DNA of 63,636 bases, counting the filler. It is 3 parts of 3 records of this genome, joined end to end, with 100 filler letters (N's around TTAATTAATTAA, not from the genome) between each part and the next. Parts side by side here need not be neighbours in the genome. Positions count along the whole stretch, not along the records: positions 22,670 to 53,250 come from SRR2962707_1817; positions 53,351 to 63,636 come from SRR2962707_1828; 1 more part is not named here. One strand, given 5' to 3'. Positions within the stretch are counted from its first letter, which is position 1, and each line of letters begins with the position of its first letter. Of this stretch, positions 47,659-58,590 are shown in pieces. The notes beneath the pieces are model-generated. The model had not been told where the DNA came from and searched no databases. It worked only from the letters and a program-made list of their open reading frames with translations. A program made the position numbers and the translations under genes.

Positions 47659-49560
47659 TTATACGTAATGATGCTCTATTAGGTATTCAACTACTCTATC
47701 TGCGCAGTCTTCTGCAGAGGTTTCGTTGGTGTTGAGCACACACTCTGCGTCCGTTGGTTCTTCATAAGGCGAGTCGATACCGGTGAAGTTTTTCAGCTCA
47801 CCGCGGCGCGCTTTGCGATACAAACCTTTCACATCTCGCCCTTCGGCCACTTCAAGAGAGGTGTTGACGAAGACTTCAACAAATTCGCCTTCTTCTACCA
47901 TTTCTCTCGCCATGGCACGCTCGGCGCGAAATGGTGAGATGAACGCAGAGATGACGATTAGGCCAGCGTCGACCATCAGTTTAGCGACTTCAGATACTCG
48001 GCGTATGTTTTCTACGCGATCTTCGTCTTTAAAGCCTAGGTCTTTGTTTAGACCATGGCGTATGTTGTCGCCATCAAGCAAATAGGTGTGCTGCCCCATG
48101 GCGAACAGTTTTTTCTCAACCAAGTTGGCAATGGTCGATTTACCCGCACCCGACAAGCCAGTCAGCCAAATAATACAAGGCTTCTGTGCTTTTTGTTGTG
48201 AGCGCGCTTCTTTCGCCACGTCCACATGCTGCATGACGATATTTTGGCTACGACGCAATGCAAAGTTGATCATACCCGCGCCCACGGTATTGTTGCTCAA
48301 ACGGTCGATCAAGATAAAACCACCGGTATCTGGGTTGTCTAGGTACTTATCAAAAGCGATTGGTTGGTCCAAACTCACGGTACATACACCAATACCATTG
48401 AGATCCAGATGCTTCGCCGCCAGGTGCTCCATGGTGTTGATGTTGACCTGATATTTGATGTCCATGACAGTCGCCGATACGGTTTTCGTGCCGACTTTCA
48501 TCAAGTAAGTACGACCTGGCATTAATGGCTCTTCGTGCATCCACACCATGGTGGTTTCAAATTGTTTCGCCACTTCTGCAGGCTCAACCGCATCCACCAG
48601 CACGTCTCCACGAGACACGTCGATTTCGTCGGCCAAAGTGATGGTTACTGATTGACTGGCAACCGCCTCTTCTAAGTCGCCGTCTTTTGTGACGATACGC
48701 GCGATGCTGCTTTCTTTACCGGATGGTAGCACACGAAGTTTCATGCCTGGCTTGATAATACCGCTGGCGATTTGGCCAGAGAAACCACGAAAATCTAGGT
48801 TAGGACGATTTACCCACTGCACTGGCATGCGGAAAGCTTGCTTCTGCAGGCGCTGTTCATCGATTTCAACCGATTCCAAAAAGCCCATCAAGGTCGTGCC
48901 ACGATACCAAGGCATCGCACTGCTTTGCGACGTAATGTTGTCGCCTTTAAACGCCGACATCGGGATAAAGGTTACGTTTTCTATGCCTACTTGCTTAGCA
49001 AACGCAGAGTACTCTTCGACAATGGCGTTGTAGGTTTTTTCTGAGTAGTCCATCAGGTCCATCTTATTCACCGCCACGACAACGTGACGAATGCCAATAA
49101 GCGAGACCAAGTAACTGTGACGACGCGTTTGAGTAAGAATGCCCTTACGCGCATCCACCATCAAGATGGCTACATCCGCTGTCGACGCGCCTGTCACCAT
49201 GTTACGCGTGTATTGTTCGTGCCCTGGTGTATCGGCAACAATAAATTTACGGCGATCAGTCGAAAAAAAGCGATAAGCAACGTCTATGGTTATGCCCTGT
49301 TCACGCTCTGCAGCCAAGCCATCCACCAGCAAGGCGAAATCGATGTTTTCACCTTGCGTACCAAACTTGCGAGAATCCGACTCTACCGCCGCTAACTGGT
49401 CTTCAAACAGCATTTTAGATTCAAATAACAAGCGACCGATCAGCGTACTTTTACCATCATCAACGCTGCCACAGGTAATAAAGCGCAATAGGTTTTTGTT
49501 CTGATGGTTTTCCAAATATTGGTTAATATCTGTTTCAATCAAATCCGATACATGAGCCAT
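47659..49560 (-). CDS. cysN: Bifunctional ATP sulfurylase large subunit / APS kinase (CysNC, NodQ-like)
   Basis: GTPase motifs GSVDDGKST, DTPGHEQY, NKMD; C-terminal APS kinase GLSGAGKST, LDGDNIRHGL, FTGIDSPYE. Confidence 0.95.
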   Translation of the reverse strand: MAHVSDLIETDINQYLENHQNKNLLRFITCGSVDDGKSTLIGRLLFESKMLFEDQLAAVESDSRKFGTQGENIDFALLVDGLAAEREQGITIDVAYRFFSTDRRKFIVADTPGHEQYTRNMVTGASTADVAILMVDARKGILTQTRRHSYLVSLIGIRHVVVAVNKMDLMDYSEKTYNAIVEEYSAFAKQVGIENVTFIPMSAFKGDNITSQSSAMPWYRGTTLMGFLESVEIDEQRLQKQAFRMPVQWVNRPNLDFRGFSGQIASGIIKPGMKLRVLPSGKESSIARIVTKDGDLEEAVASQSVTITLADEIDVSRGDVLVDAVEPAEVAKQFETTMVWMHEEPLMPGRTYLMKVGTKTVSATVMDIKYQVNINTMEHLAAKHLDLNGIGVCTVSLDQPIAFDKYLDNPDTGGFILIDRLSNNTVGAGMINFALRRSQNIVMQHVDVAKEARSQQKAQKPCIIWLTGLSGAGKSTIANLVEKKLFAMGQHTYLLDGDNIRHGLNKDLGFKDEDRVENIRRVSEVAKLMVDAGLIVISAFISPFRAERAMAREMVEEGEFVEVFVNTSLEVAEGRDVKGLYRKARRGELKNFTGIDSPYEEPTDAECVLNTNETSAEDCADRVVEYLIEHHYV

Positions 49561-50459
49561 TAGAAATATCCCTCTTGCTTTTTCTTCTCCATGGAAGCGG
49601 CAGAATCATGATCAATCATGCGACCTTGACGCTCAGATGTTTTGGTTAACAACATTTCTTGAATGATGGCAGGCAAGGTGTCGGCTTCTGATTCCACCGC
49701 TCCAGTCAATGGGTAACAGCCCAATGTTCTAAAGCGCACACTCTTCATCATCGGCACTTCGCCTTCTTTAAGCGGCATGCGTTCGTCGTCTACCATGATC
49801 AAGGTGCCGTCACGCTCCACAACCGGACGCTCTTTTGAGTAATACAGCGGCACAATCGGGATGTTTTCTAAATGGATGTATTGCCAAATATCCAGCTCTG
49901 TCCAGTTAGAAATAGGGAAAACACGGATCGATTCACCCGTATTTTTACGAGTGTTATATTGCTTCCAGATTTCAGGTCGCTGGTTTTTCGGGTCCCATCG
50001 ATGGTCTGCAGTACGGAACGAAAAAACCCGTTCTTTAGCACGGGATTTTTCTTCATCACGACGAGCACCACCAAACGCCACATCGAACTTATGCTCGTTT
50101 AACGCTTGCTTTAACCCTTCGGTTTTCATGATGTCAGTATGAGTTGCTGAGCCATGATCAAACGGGTTGATGTTTTTCGCGATGCCATCTGGGTTGGTAT
50201 GAGTTATCAACTCCAGACCAAGGTCTTCGACCATCTTGTCGCGGAACTGATACATCTCTTGGAATTTCCAGCGAGTATCCACGTGTAACAGAGGAAAAGG
50301 TGGCAATGAAGGGTAAAACGCCTTCATGGCAATGTGCAGCATTACGGCACTGTCTTTGCCTATCGAGTAGAGCATGACTGGGTTATCGGCTTCTGCCACA
50401 ACCTCCCGCATAATCTGAATACTTTCCGCCTCAAGGCGTTGTAAATGCGTTAACAACAT
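49560..50459 (-). CDS. cysD: Sulfate adenylyltransferase small subunit
   Basis: [31 protein letters not shown], terminal KKQEGYF. Confidence 0.96.
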   Translation of the reverse strand: MLLTHLQRLEAESIQIMREVVAEADNPVMLYSIGKDSAVMLHIAMKAFYPSLPPFPLLHVDTRWKFQEMYQFRDKMVEDLGLELITHTNPDGIAKNINPFDHGSATHTDIMKTEGLKQALNEHKFDVAFGGARRDEEKSRAKERVFSFRTADHRWDPKNQRPEIWKQYNTRKNTGESIRVFPISNWTELDIWQYIHLENIPIVPLYYSKERPVVERDGTLIMVDDERMPLKEGEVPMMKSVRFRTLGCYPLTGAVESEADTLPAIIQEMLLTKTSERQGRMIDHDSAASMEKKKQEGYF

Positions 50460-50490
50460 ATCCGTTCCTTTTGGTTCTATGTTTCACTTT

Positions 50491-50524
50491 TCGGTCTAAA
50501 TTCAACGTCGGTCTAGATTCAACG
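50491..50524. repeat. Tandem 17-bp direct repeat upstream of cysD
   Basis: TCGGTCTAAATTCAACG followed directly by TCGGTCTAGATTCAACG. Confidence 0.8.
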
Positions 50525-50643
50525 ATTGTCGCTCTACACTCAAAGCGCACTTTTCTTAACGTAATCTTTGCTTAACCCACAACTTCTTAAATAAATAGTT
50601 CTTAACTCAACCGCCCTATAGATAAAAACAGCAGCAATAAGCC

Positions 50644-51489
50644 TCACTCTACTCTCTCTGGCAATTTCCATTGTGCGAACAAAAAGCACCTGTTTTTATG
50701 CGCTACTTGCCACGTCGCTAACTTGCGATATCGCGCTAAAGAATCGGTTTTAATCACCACAAACACAGGCTTTTCTGGGCTCGCCTCTTGTACCAGTACG
50801 TTCAATTGTTCCACCAAAGAGGTCTCGGACAACGCCGACTCTGTTGCATTAACCAGCGTGCTATAAGGCTCTGCAGGCGGCCTAATGTAAACAGCAAAGC
50901 GTCTTTCACCGCGGCGGTCTTGGGTGTAAAACACGCACGTATCACCCATTGGGTAAAACCCCAACACCAAGCGCTTACTTTTGGCTAACAAAGCCTGCGT
51001 CTCTAATGTGAGCGCGGATTCTGCGACGAGCGCACATTCTGACTCTGCCATTGATGTCACATTGTTCTGATCAGCAGCGAGGGCGATAAACTGCGCCATT
51101 TTCTCAAACACCACTTTGTGATCTTGTTCTGGCAATAGCTGATTTAGTCGACGTAATAAGGTCTTTTTACTGATTGCCTTATGATGACTCTGATAAACCG
51201 CCAATAACGAATCCACAGAACAAAAAGTATGCTGCTCTTGATAACAAACCTTCATCACTTGCAAAAGCGTGCCATTGATATGTTTTGCGCTTTTCTTTAT
51301 CGAGGGTTTACGGCCTCGTTCACCTGGCTCTAAGCCTTGCCAGCCAAGCGTTTTAAAGCGCGACATGGCACTGACAATAGTCGGCACAGACAGCCCAGTT
51401 TTGGCCTTTACTTGAGCCAGACTTAAGCCACCGAGGCGTAATCGCACCGCTTCACGCTTTTTATTTGTCAGTTCATTAACCGGTCGCAT
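50644..51489 (-). CDS. Winged-HTH protein derived from an IS630-like transposase, catalytic residues apparently lost
   Basis: N-terminus REAVRLRLGGLSLAQV...TGLSVPTI...GWQGL...RGRKP resembles IS630 HTH regions. C-terminal PVFVVIKTD replaces the usual V.LI.DN motif, and the protein ends before the P.YSPELNP.E motif. Confidence 0.6.
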   Translation of the reverse strand: MRPVNELTNKKREAVRLRLGGLSLAQVKAKTGLSVPTIVSAMSRFKTLGWQGLEPGERGRKPSIKKSAKHINGTLLQVMKVCYQEQHTFCSVDSLLAVYQSHHKAISKKTLLRRLNQLLPEQDHKVVFEKMAQFIALAADQNNVTSMAESECALVAESALTLETQALLAKSKRLVLGFYPMGDTCVFYTQDRRGERRFAVYIRPPAEPYSTLVNATESALSETSLVEQLNVLVQEASPEKPVFVVIKTDSLARYRKLATWQVAHKNRCFLFAQWKLPERVE

Positions 51490-51640
51490 TCTTCAACATT
51501 CACACTAAAGATTGAGATCTTATAGGTAATTGCGTAGTATCTCAATGCGTCTATAAAAGTTATTTTGTCTCGATATTAATTTCATAACGATAAAGCATCA
51601 CTACGACACTAGATCGGCCGCTAGAAGGAATAGCAACAAC

Positions 51641-53250
51641 ATGGAAATGATGGTCACACTGGCTCTTATTACAGCGGTGTTTATTACGCTGGTGTCAACG
51701 CGCATCGCCGCCGATGTCATTCTTATGACCGCCATGGGGTTATTGATTATTTCTGGCGTACTAACAGTAGAAGAAGGGCTAGCAGGCTTTGCCAACCCAG
51801 GCGTGATGACCATCGCCATCTTATACATAGTCGCCGCCGGCCTACAAGAAACCGGCGCCGTACAATGGCTGAGTAAATACTTACTCGGCTCTCCAAAAGG
51901 ATTAAAAGCCGCTCTTGCTCGGCTCATCATCCCCAGCGCCCTGCTAAGCGCTTTTATGAACAACACCGCCGTCGTGGCCATGTTTATTCCTTCCGTGCAG
52001 GACTGGTCTAAGCGCATTAAACTGCCCACCTCAAAGCTCCTCATACCCTTAAGCTATGCCGCCATTTTGGGCGGTACCTGCACGCTCATTGGCACCAGCA
52101 CCAATCTTGTGGTGGACGGTTTATTGCAAAAAGAACTAGGCATTCACCTAAACATCTTCTCGTTACTCTGGGTGGGCTTACCCATCACTGTGGTCGGCGG
52201 ATTACTGCTCTTTATCTTCTCTAAGCAGCTACTACCCAATCGTGAAAACACCTTAGAACAGGCCGATAACGCCCGCCAATATGGTGTTGAAATGCGTGTC
52301 CACCATGGCAGCACCTTAATCGGGAAATCCATTGAGAACGCAGGATTGCGAGCCTTACAATTCGGCTATTTATTTGAGATCCATCGCGAAGGAACCTTAT
52401 TATCGGCGGTTGGTTCTGAAACCCAACTGTATGAAAACGATGTATTGGTCTTTATCGGGTCACCAGAATGCGCCCGCGAGATACAAAACATCCAAGGGCT
52501 AAAACCCGTCGACGGCTGCGCCGACGTATTAGAAATAGAACACAACAAACGCTGCTTAGTTGAAGCCGTCATCGGCCCTGAATTTGTGGGTCTGGACTTA
52601 ACCATCAAAGAAGCCAAGTTTCGCACACGCTTTCAAGCGGCTGTGCTGTCTGTCTCCCGTAAGGGATACCGCATCAACAGTAAAATAGGCAACATTCGTC
52701 TACAAGTAGGCGACACACTGCTACTGGAAACCAGCCAAGACTTCGTCGGCCAATATCGCTCGCGTCGAGATTTTTTACTGGTGAGCGCCATCAACGATTC
52801 AACCCCCCCTAATTTTGACAAAGCACCATTAGCGGTGGGTTTGCTATTGGGCCTAGTATTGCTCAGCGCGACCGGCTTACTAAGTATTTTAGAAGCGGCC
52901 ATGCTGTGTGCCGCGGCCATGCTTGCCACCCGCTGCATCTCAGTCACCAAAGCCCGTCGTAACGTCAACCTCAATGTTATTACCGTGATTGCTGCGTCCT
53001 TCTCACTCGGCGCCGCCATGAGCAAAACGGGCGCCGCAGAGCTAATTGCATCACACCTGGTTGCCTGGGCTCCCCACTCGCCTTGGCTGTCTCTGGCACT
53101 GGTGTACCTTATTACGGTTATTTTCACTGAAATGATCACCAACAATGCTGCCGCGGTGTTAATGTTTCCAATTGCTGTCGCCACCGCCAACCAGCTCGGC
53201 AGCGATCCACTGCCCTTTGTGGTTACTATTATGGTGGCGGCATCGGCCAG
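51641..53250 (+). CDS. SLC13/DASS-like permease with TrkA-C domains (putative sulfate transporter); truncated by the contig end
   Basis: SAFMNNTAVV, LGGTCTLIGTSTNL, two soluble TrkA-C-like segments, TEMITNNAAA. Confidence 0.88.
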
Positions 53251-53350
53251 NNNNNNNNNNNNNNNNNNNNNNNNNNNNNNNNNNNNNNNNNNNNTTAATT
53301 AATTAANNNNNNNNNNNNNNNNNNNNNNNNNNNNNNNNNNNNNNNNNNNN
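53251..53350. other. Artificial contig spacer
   Basis: Same N-run/TTAATTAATTAA linker as at 22570. Confidence 0.97.
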
Positions 53351-53386
53351 GGAAAAAAAAGAAAAAAAAATTCCTTTTAAATCTAT

Positions 53387-55429
53387 TTACAACTTAATAT
53401 CTTTATTAGTATTTTCAATATAAATTATAAAAAAAATTAATACTAAAAATATAAAAATTAAGTTCATATTAAAGAATATATTAAACCAACTTGAAAACCC
53501 TATAAAAATAAATAAACAAATCATACTTAAAAGCATAACTAAAGCAGAATGATAAATTAACCCTGTCTGTAAAAAATTTATCTTCATAGTCTTACTATAA
53601 AATAATTTAAAGATTCCAAAAGGACCTAAATTTTCTATAATACCTCTATCAATTAATTTATATGTTGTATGGTATCCTAATTTTAATGTAGGCTGGTTAA
53701 TAAACTCATTATAAACTTTATCAAAAAACCACTTTCTATTGAAAAAATTATAAAAAGTATTCCCTAATTTACTCATTTTAATAGTATAAATAAATTCAGG
53801 AGATAATACTACATAAATAATATAAGATAAAAAAGCTCCAAAAAAACTAAATAATACTGGAATTAATTTAATTTTAGTTGATAAAAACTCTGCATCAAAA
53901 ATAACTAAATTTTCTGGGAGAACAAATAAAGCATTACCCCAAAAATTAGTACCAACTCCAATAACCATATCTTTCATTAAAAATCCTACAAAAATACTTC
54001 CAAAAACTAAAATAAATAAAGGATAACCCATTATTTTAGGAAGGTCATGAATATGTTGAATAGAATAACGATAAGAATTTGTTTTATTAATAAAGGTTAA
54101 ATATAATAACCTCATAGAATAAAATGCTGTTAATGAAGCAGAAATAGTACCTAACCAGTATGCAAAATGAGATGTTATAGTAAATTTACCAAAAGCTAAC
54201 TCTAAAATAGCATCTTTTGAATAAAATCCTGTTAAAAAAGGAAAACCCATTAAAGAAATAGAACCAATAAACATCATAGCATATGTAAAAGGAATTAATT
54301 TAGCTAAACCTCCCATTTTACGCATATCTTGCTCATCTCCTAAAGCATGTATTACAGACCCTGCACTTAAAAACAATAAAGCTTTAAAAAAAGCATGATT
54401 TGCTAAATGGAAAACTCCAACAGAATAATTTGAAGTACCACAAGCAAAAACCATATAACCTAACTGGCTACACGTAGAATAAGCAATAACCCTTTTTAAA
54501 TCATTTTGAACTAAAGCTGTCGTTGCTGCAAAAAATGCAGTCATTGCACCAAAACAAGTAACTACCATTAAAGCTACAGGAGAATACTCAAATAAAGGAG
54601 AACACCGAGCAATTAAAAAAACACCAGCCGTAACCATAGTAGCAGCATGAATTAAAGCTGATACTGGAGTTGGACCTTCCATTGCATCTGGTAACCAAGT
54701 ATGAAGTCCTAGCTGAGCAGACTTACCAACAGCTCCGATAAAGAAAAAAATACAAATAAAAGTTAACATATCAATATCAAAATTTAATAAAGGTAAAGTA
54801 CCTTTAATTTCTAGAGCGTAAAAAGGAACTAATGAAAATAATACAGCATAATTAAAAGTTTTGAAAGTATAAAAAACTCCTAGCATACCTAAAACTAAAC
54901 CAAAATCTCCTACACGATTAACAATTACTGCTTTTATCGCTGCTTTGTTTGCTTGAAGACGAGTATGCCAAAAATTAATTAATAAATAAGAACATAAACC
55001 CACACCTTCCCAACCTACAAACATTTGAACTAAATTATCTGCAGTAACTAAAATAATCATAAAAAAAGTAAATAAAGATAAATAACTAAAAAAACGAGGC
55101 ATATGAGGATCAGCTTCCATATAACCTATCGAATATAAATGAACTATTGTAGAAACAGTTGTAACTACAATTAACATTAAAACAGTTAATGTATCAAACA
55201 TAAAACCCCAAGAAATATCAAAAATTCCAGAGTTCATCCAAGTAGCTAATTGAATGTAAACAGGGCTATGCGACAATGCAACATCAAAAAAACTAATATA
55301 AGAAAAAATACAAGTAACGAAAATACAAAATGATGTTATTCGAGTAGCGCCGTAAGGCCCTACTTTATTACCGAATAAACCTGCTGAGATAGAACCTATT
55401 AAAGGTAAAAAAATTATTAATAAATACAT
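53387..55429 (-). CDS. nad5: Mitochondrial NADH dehydrogenase subunit 5
   Basis: [50 protein letters not shown]. Confidence 0.96.
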   Translation of the reverse strand: MYLLIIFLPLIGSISAGLFGNKVGPYGATRITSFCIFVTCIFSYISFFDVALSHSPVYIQLATWMNSGIFDISWGFMFDTLTVLMLIVVTTVSTIVHLYSIGYMEADPHMPRFFSYLSLFTFFMIILVTADNLVQMFVGWEGVGLCSYLLINFWHTRLQANKAAIKAVIVNRVGDFGLVLGMLGVFYTFKTFNYAVLFSLVPFYALEIKGTLPLLNFDIDMLTFICIFFFIGAVGKSAQLGLHTWLPDAMEGPTPVSALIHAATMVTAGVFLIARCSPLFEYSPVALMVVTCFGAMTAFFAATTALVQNDLKRVIAYSTCSQLGYMVFACGTSNYSVGVFHLANHAFFKALLFLSAGSVIHALGDEQDMRKMGGLAKLIPFTYAMMFIGSISLMGFPFLTGFYSKDAILELAFGKFTITSHFAYWLGTISASLTAFYSMRLLYLTFINKTNSYRYSIQHIHDLPKIMGYPLFILVFGSIFVGFLMKDMVIGVGTNFWGNALFVLPENLVIFDAEFLSTKIKLIPVLFSFFGAFLSYIIYVVLSPEFIYTIKMSKLGNTFYNFFNRKWFFDKVYNEFINQPTLKLGYHTTYKLIDRGIIENLGPFGIFKLFYSKTMKINFLQTGLIYHSALVMLLSMICLFIFIGFSSWFNIFFNMNLIFIFLVLIFFIIYIENTNKDIKL

Positions 55430-55435
55430 TTTTTA

Positions 55436-55957
55436 TTATTTTCTACGAAGTTTTTTAGGACGACACCCATTATAAGGCAAATCAGTTAAATCAGTAATAG
55501 AAACAATACGTTTTTTTAAAAAAGAATTAATAAAAAGACGAATAAATCTATTTCTTTTAGAACTAAATCCTTTTAAAACGATACTAACTTTAAAGGAACC
55601 TGGAATCTCTTGAAAATAACCTAAAACTTCTTGAACTAAAGCGAGTAAACTTACTTGATTATAACGTTGTGCTTTTTTATAACCTAACTTTCCTGCGCTA
55701 AACATTTTTAAAACTGTACCGCTACTATCAGAAACATTAATATGAAACCCACGTAAGGTACTTTTTATATATAAAATATACATTTTTTTTTTTTTTAAGA
55801 CATTCTTTTTAAAATCTAAATCGGATTCAGAAAGACGTCCATTACTACTATAAAACTTAGCGTTTTTTGCTTGTTTTATCTTGTAAATATTATTATTAAG
55901 AGTATTTGTAAAAAGAATAAGATTAATTTGATTGACATTATTTTTTTTTATTAACAT
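55436..55957 (-). CDS. rps11: Mitochondrial ribosomal protein S11 with N-terminal extension
   Basis: SAGKLGYK and C-terminal DLTDLPYNGCRPKKLR; close to rps13. Confidence 0.85.
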   Translation of the reverse strand: MLIKKNNVNQINLILFTNTLNNNIYKIKQAKNAKFYSSNGRLSESDLDFKKNVLKKKKMYILYIKSTLRGFHINVSDSSGTVLKMFSAGKLGYKKAQRYNQVSLLALVQEVLGYFQEIPGSFKVSIVLKGFSSKRNRFIRLFINSFLKKRIVSITDLTDLPYNGCRPKKLRRK

Positions 55958-56014
55958 TGTGAATTTTTTATTGAATTTTTTATTAAAAATATAACCTCGT
56001 ATAAAAAAATAAAA

Positions 56015-56099
56015 CGGGTAGGGTGAGATTCGAACTCACGGTATCTTTCGATACATTAATTTTCAAGACTAACGCTTTAAACCTCTCGGCCACCTACCC
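56015..56099 (-). tRNA. trnS: tRNA-Ser(UGA)
   Basis: GGGTAGG/CCTACCC acceptor stem, anticodon arm TTAGT-CT-TGA-AA-ATTAA, long variable arm, GTTCGAATC T-loop. Confidence 0.92.
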
Positions 56100-56108
56100 T
56101 ATAATACT

Positions 56109-56447
56109 TTAAATATGACGACGTATTTTTTTATTTTTAGATCTTTGACCTCTAACTAAATAACCATAATAATGACGGTTACCTCTATAGGAACGCATTT
56201 TAACAAGCATTTCAATATATTGTTTTTTCAAACGCCTTAAATGAAACCCATGTATATAATTAAATTCTATATAGTTAGCTAATGTATTACGAGCCTGGTT
56301 ATTTAAATTTTTAAAAGGAATTTTCGAATTTAAACCTAATTTTTTACAAATTTTAATAGATTCTTTTCTTCCAATCCCATAAATATAAGACAAAGAAATT
56401 TCTATATTCTTGTTATCTGGAATATTTGTATTTAAAAAATGAATCAT
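56109..56447 (-). CDS. rps13: Mitochondrial ribosomal protein S13
   Basis: LSYIYGIG and SYRGNRH..GYLVRGQRS. Confidence 0.9.
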   Translation of the reverse strand: MIHFLNTNIPDNKNIEISLSYIYGIGRKESIKICKKLGLNSKIPFKNLNNQARNTLANYIEFNYIHGFHLRRLKKQYIEMLVKMRSYRGNRHYYGYLVRGQRSKNKKIRRHI

Positions 56448-56483
56448 TATTATTTAAAATATTATTAATAAAAGAAATAATAT

Positions 56484-57287
56484 TTAATTACCTCCCCACC
56501 AATAAACTGCAACAAATAAAAACAACCAAACTACATCAACAAAATGCCAGTACCAAGCTGCTGCTTCAAAACCAAAATGATTTTCTCGAGTAAAATGATA
56601 AGAATATACTCGATATAAACAAACAGTTAAAAAACAAGTTCCAATAAATACATGAAACCCGTGAAATCCTGTTGCCATATAAAAACATGAACCATAAATA
56701 CCATCAGAAATACTAAAATTAGCATGCATATACTCAAATACTTGGAATCCAGTAAATGTTGTAGCTAAAACAATAGTTGCAATTAAACTACGAATAGCTA
56801 ATGTTCTATCTCCAGTAATTAAAGCATTATGACATACAGTAACTGTTGCTCCTGAACTTAATAAAAGTAAAGTATTTAAAAGAGGAACTTCCCAAGGATT
56901 AAATACTTCAATAGCTGCCGGAGGCCATACTGCACCAATTGCTAAATCTGGATTAATACTTGAATAAAAAAAAGCCCAAAAAAACGCAAAAAAAAACATT
57001 ACTTCTGAAGTAATGAATAATAACATACCCATACGCATTCCGCTTTCTACTTTTGAAGTTTGATTTCCTTCAAAACTATTTTCTCGAATAATATCTCGCC
57101 ACCAAAAAGTCATTACTAATACAATAATAATTAACCCACTAGTTAATAAAAAACCTCCCCCAGAATAAGAATGAAACCACATAACACCTCCTGATGTTGC
57201 TGATAACGCTCCTAATGAACCTAATAAAGGCCATGGACTAGGGTCTACTAAATGAAAAGGATGAATTTGATTATTTAATTTACCCAT
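56484..57287 (-). CDS. cox3: Cytochrome c oxidase subunit 3
   Basis: HPFHLVDPSPWP, SEVMFF, TGFHGFHV, WYWHFVDVVWLFLF. Confidence 0.97.
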   Translation of the reverse strand: MGKLNNQIHPFHLVDPSPWPLLGSLGALSATSGGVMWFHSYSGGGFLLTSGLIIIVLVMTFWWRDIIRENSFEGNQTSKVESGMRMGMLLFITSEVMFFFAFFWAFFYSSINPDLAIGAVWPPAAIEVFNPWEVPLLNTLLLLSSGATVTVCHNALITGDRTLAIRSLIATIVLATTFTGFQVFEYMHANFSISDGIYGSCFYMATGFHGFHVFIGTCFLTVCLYRVYSYHFTRENHFGFEAAAWYWHFVDVVWLFLFVAVYWWGGN

Positions 57288-57298
57288 TTTTATTTGAT

Positions 57299-58483
57299 TT
57301 ATCTATCGACTTCCCCAAAAACAATATCTTGAGTACCGATTATTGTAACTACATCAGCTAGCATATGCCCTTTAGACATAAAATCTAACCCTTGTAAATG
57401 AAACACTCCAGGAGCTCTTACTTTACATCTATACGGCTTATTAGTTCCATTTGAAACTAAATAAACTCCAAACTCACCTTTGGGTGCTTCAATTGAAGCA
57501 TATGTTTCCCCCGGTAAAATAGAAAAGCCTTCAGTATATAATTTAAAATGATGTATTAAAGATTCCATAGAATTTTTCATATAAGATTTTGAAGGAGTAC
57601 TAATTTTATTATTATCAACTTTAATAGGACCGTTAGGCATATTATTTAAACATTGATTAATAATTTTAATACTTTGACGCATTTCATTTACACGAACTAA
57701 ATAACGATCATAGCAATCACCATTAGTACCAACAGGAATATCAAAATCCATTGATTCATAAACCTCGTAAGGCTGTGTTTTACGAAGATCCCAAGGAACT
57801 CCCGAACCACGTAATAAAACTCCTGTAAAACCATAATCTAAAGCATCTTCAACATTAACTACACCAATGTCTACTAAACGCTGTTTCCAAATACGATTTC
57901 CTGTTAAAAATTCTTCCATCTCATCTAAACGAGCTGGCAGATTTTGTGAAAAAACATGAATATCATCTAAAAGACCTAAAGGTAAATCTTGATTTACCCC
58001 TCCTGGCCGAAAATATGCAGCATGCATTCGAGCACCAGAAACTCTTTCATAAAATTCAAATAATTTTTCACGTTCTTCAAAAACCCATAACATTGGAGTC
58101 ATAGCCCCAACATCTAAAGCATGTGTAGAAACAGCTAAAAGATGATTCATTATACGAGTTAATTCAGAAAATAAAGTACGAATATATTGAGCCCTTAAAG
58201 GAATTTGAGTATTTAATAATTTTTCAATTGCAAGAGCATATGAATGTTCTTGGCACATCATTGAACAATAATCTAATCGATCAAAATAAGGTAAACCTTG
58301 TAAATAAGTTTTATACTCAATTAATTTTTCTGTACCTCGATGTAAAAGTCCTATATGAGGATCTGCACGTTTCACTACCTCACCATCTAATTCTAAAATA
58401 AGACGCAAAACTCCATGAGCTGCGGGATGCTGAGGACCAAAATTTAATGTGAAATTTTTTATATCTTTATATTTATCTAACAT
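57299..58483 (-). CDS. nad7: NADH dehydrogenase subunit 7
   Basis: [31 protein letters not shown], terminal DIVFGEVDR. Confidence 0.97.
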   Translation of the reverse strand: MLDKYKDIKNFTLNFGPQHPAAHGVLRLILELDGEVVKRADPHIGLLHRGTEKLIEYKTYLQGLPYFDRLDYCSMMCQEHSYALAIEKLLNTQIPLRAQYIRTLFSELTRIMNHLLAVSTHALDVGAMTPMLWVFEEREKLFEFYERVSGARMHAAYFRPGGVNQDLPLGLLDDIHVFSQNLPARLDEMEEFLTGNRIWKQRLVDIGVVNVEDALDYGFTGVLLRGSGVPWDLRKTQPYEVYESMDFDIPVGTNGDCYDRYLVRVNEMRQSIKIINQCLNNMPNGPIKVDNNKISTPSKSYMKNSMESLIHHFKLYTEGFSILPGETYASIEAPKGEFGVYLVSNGTNKPYRCKVRAPGVFHLQGLDFMSKGHMLADVVTIIGTQDIVFGEVDR

Positions 58484-58496
58484 GAATAAAAAGAAA

Positions 58497-58568
58497 AGTT
58501 TCTTACGGGAATCGAACCCGTCTTTTTGCCGTGAAAAGGCAATGTCCTAACCGATAGACGAAAGAAAC
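58497..58568 (-). tRNA. trnE: tRNA-Glu(UUC)
   Basis: Anticodon arm TTGCC-TT-TTC-AC-GGCAA and GGTTCGATTCC T-loop. Confidence 0.92.
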
Positions 58569-58590
58569 TATAAAATTAGTTTGAGCTTTA

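Noticed and set aside
7-53190. Many short antisense or nested ORFs in the track (e.g. 7-258, 718-969, 4888-5202, 47783-49504, 51601-53190)
   Set aside because: They are shadow frames of well-supported genes and have no motifs of their own.
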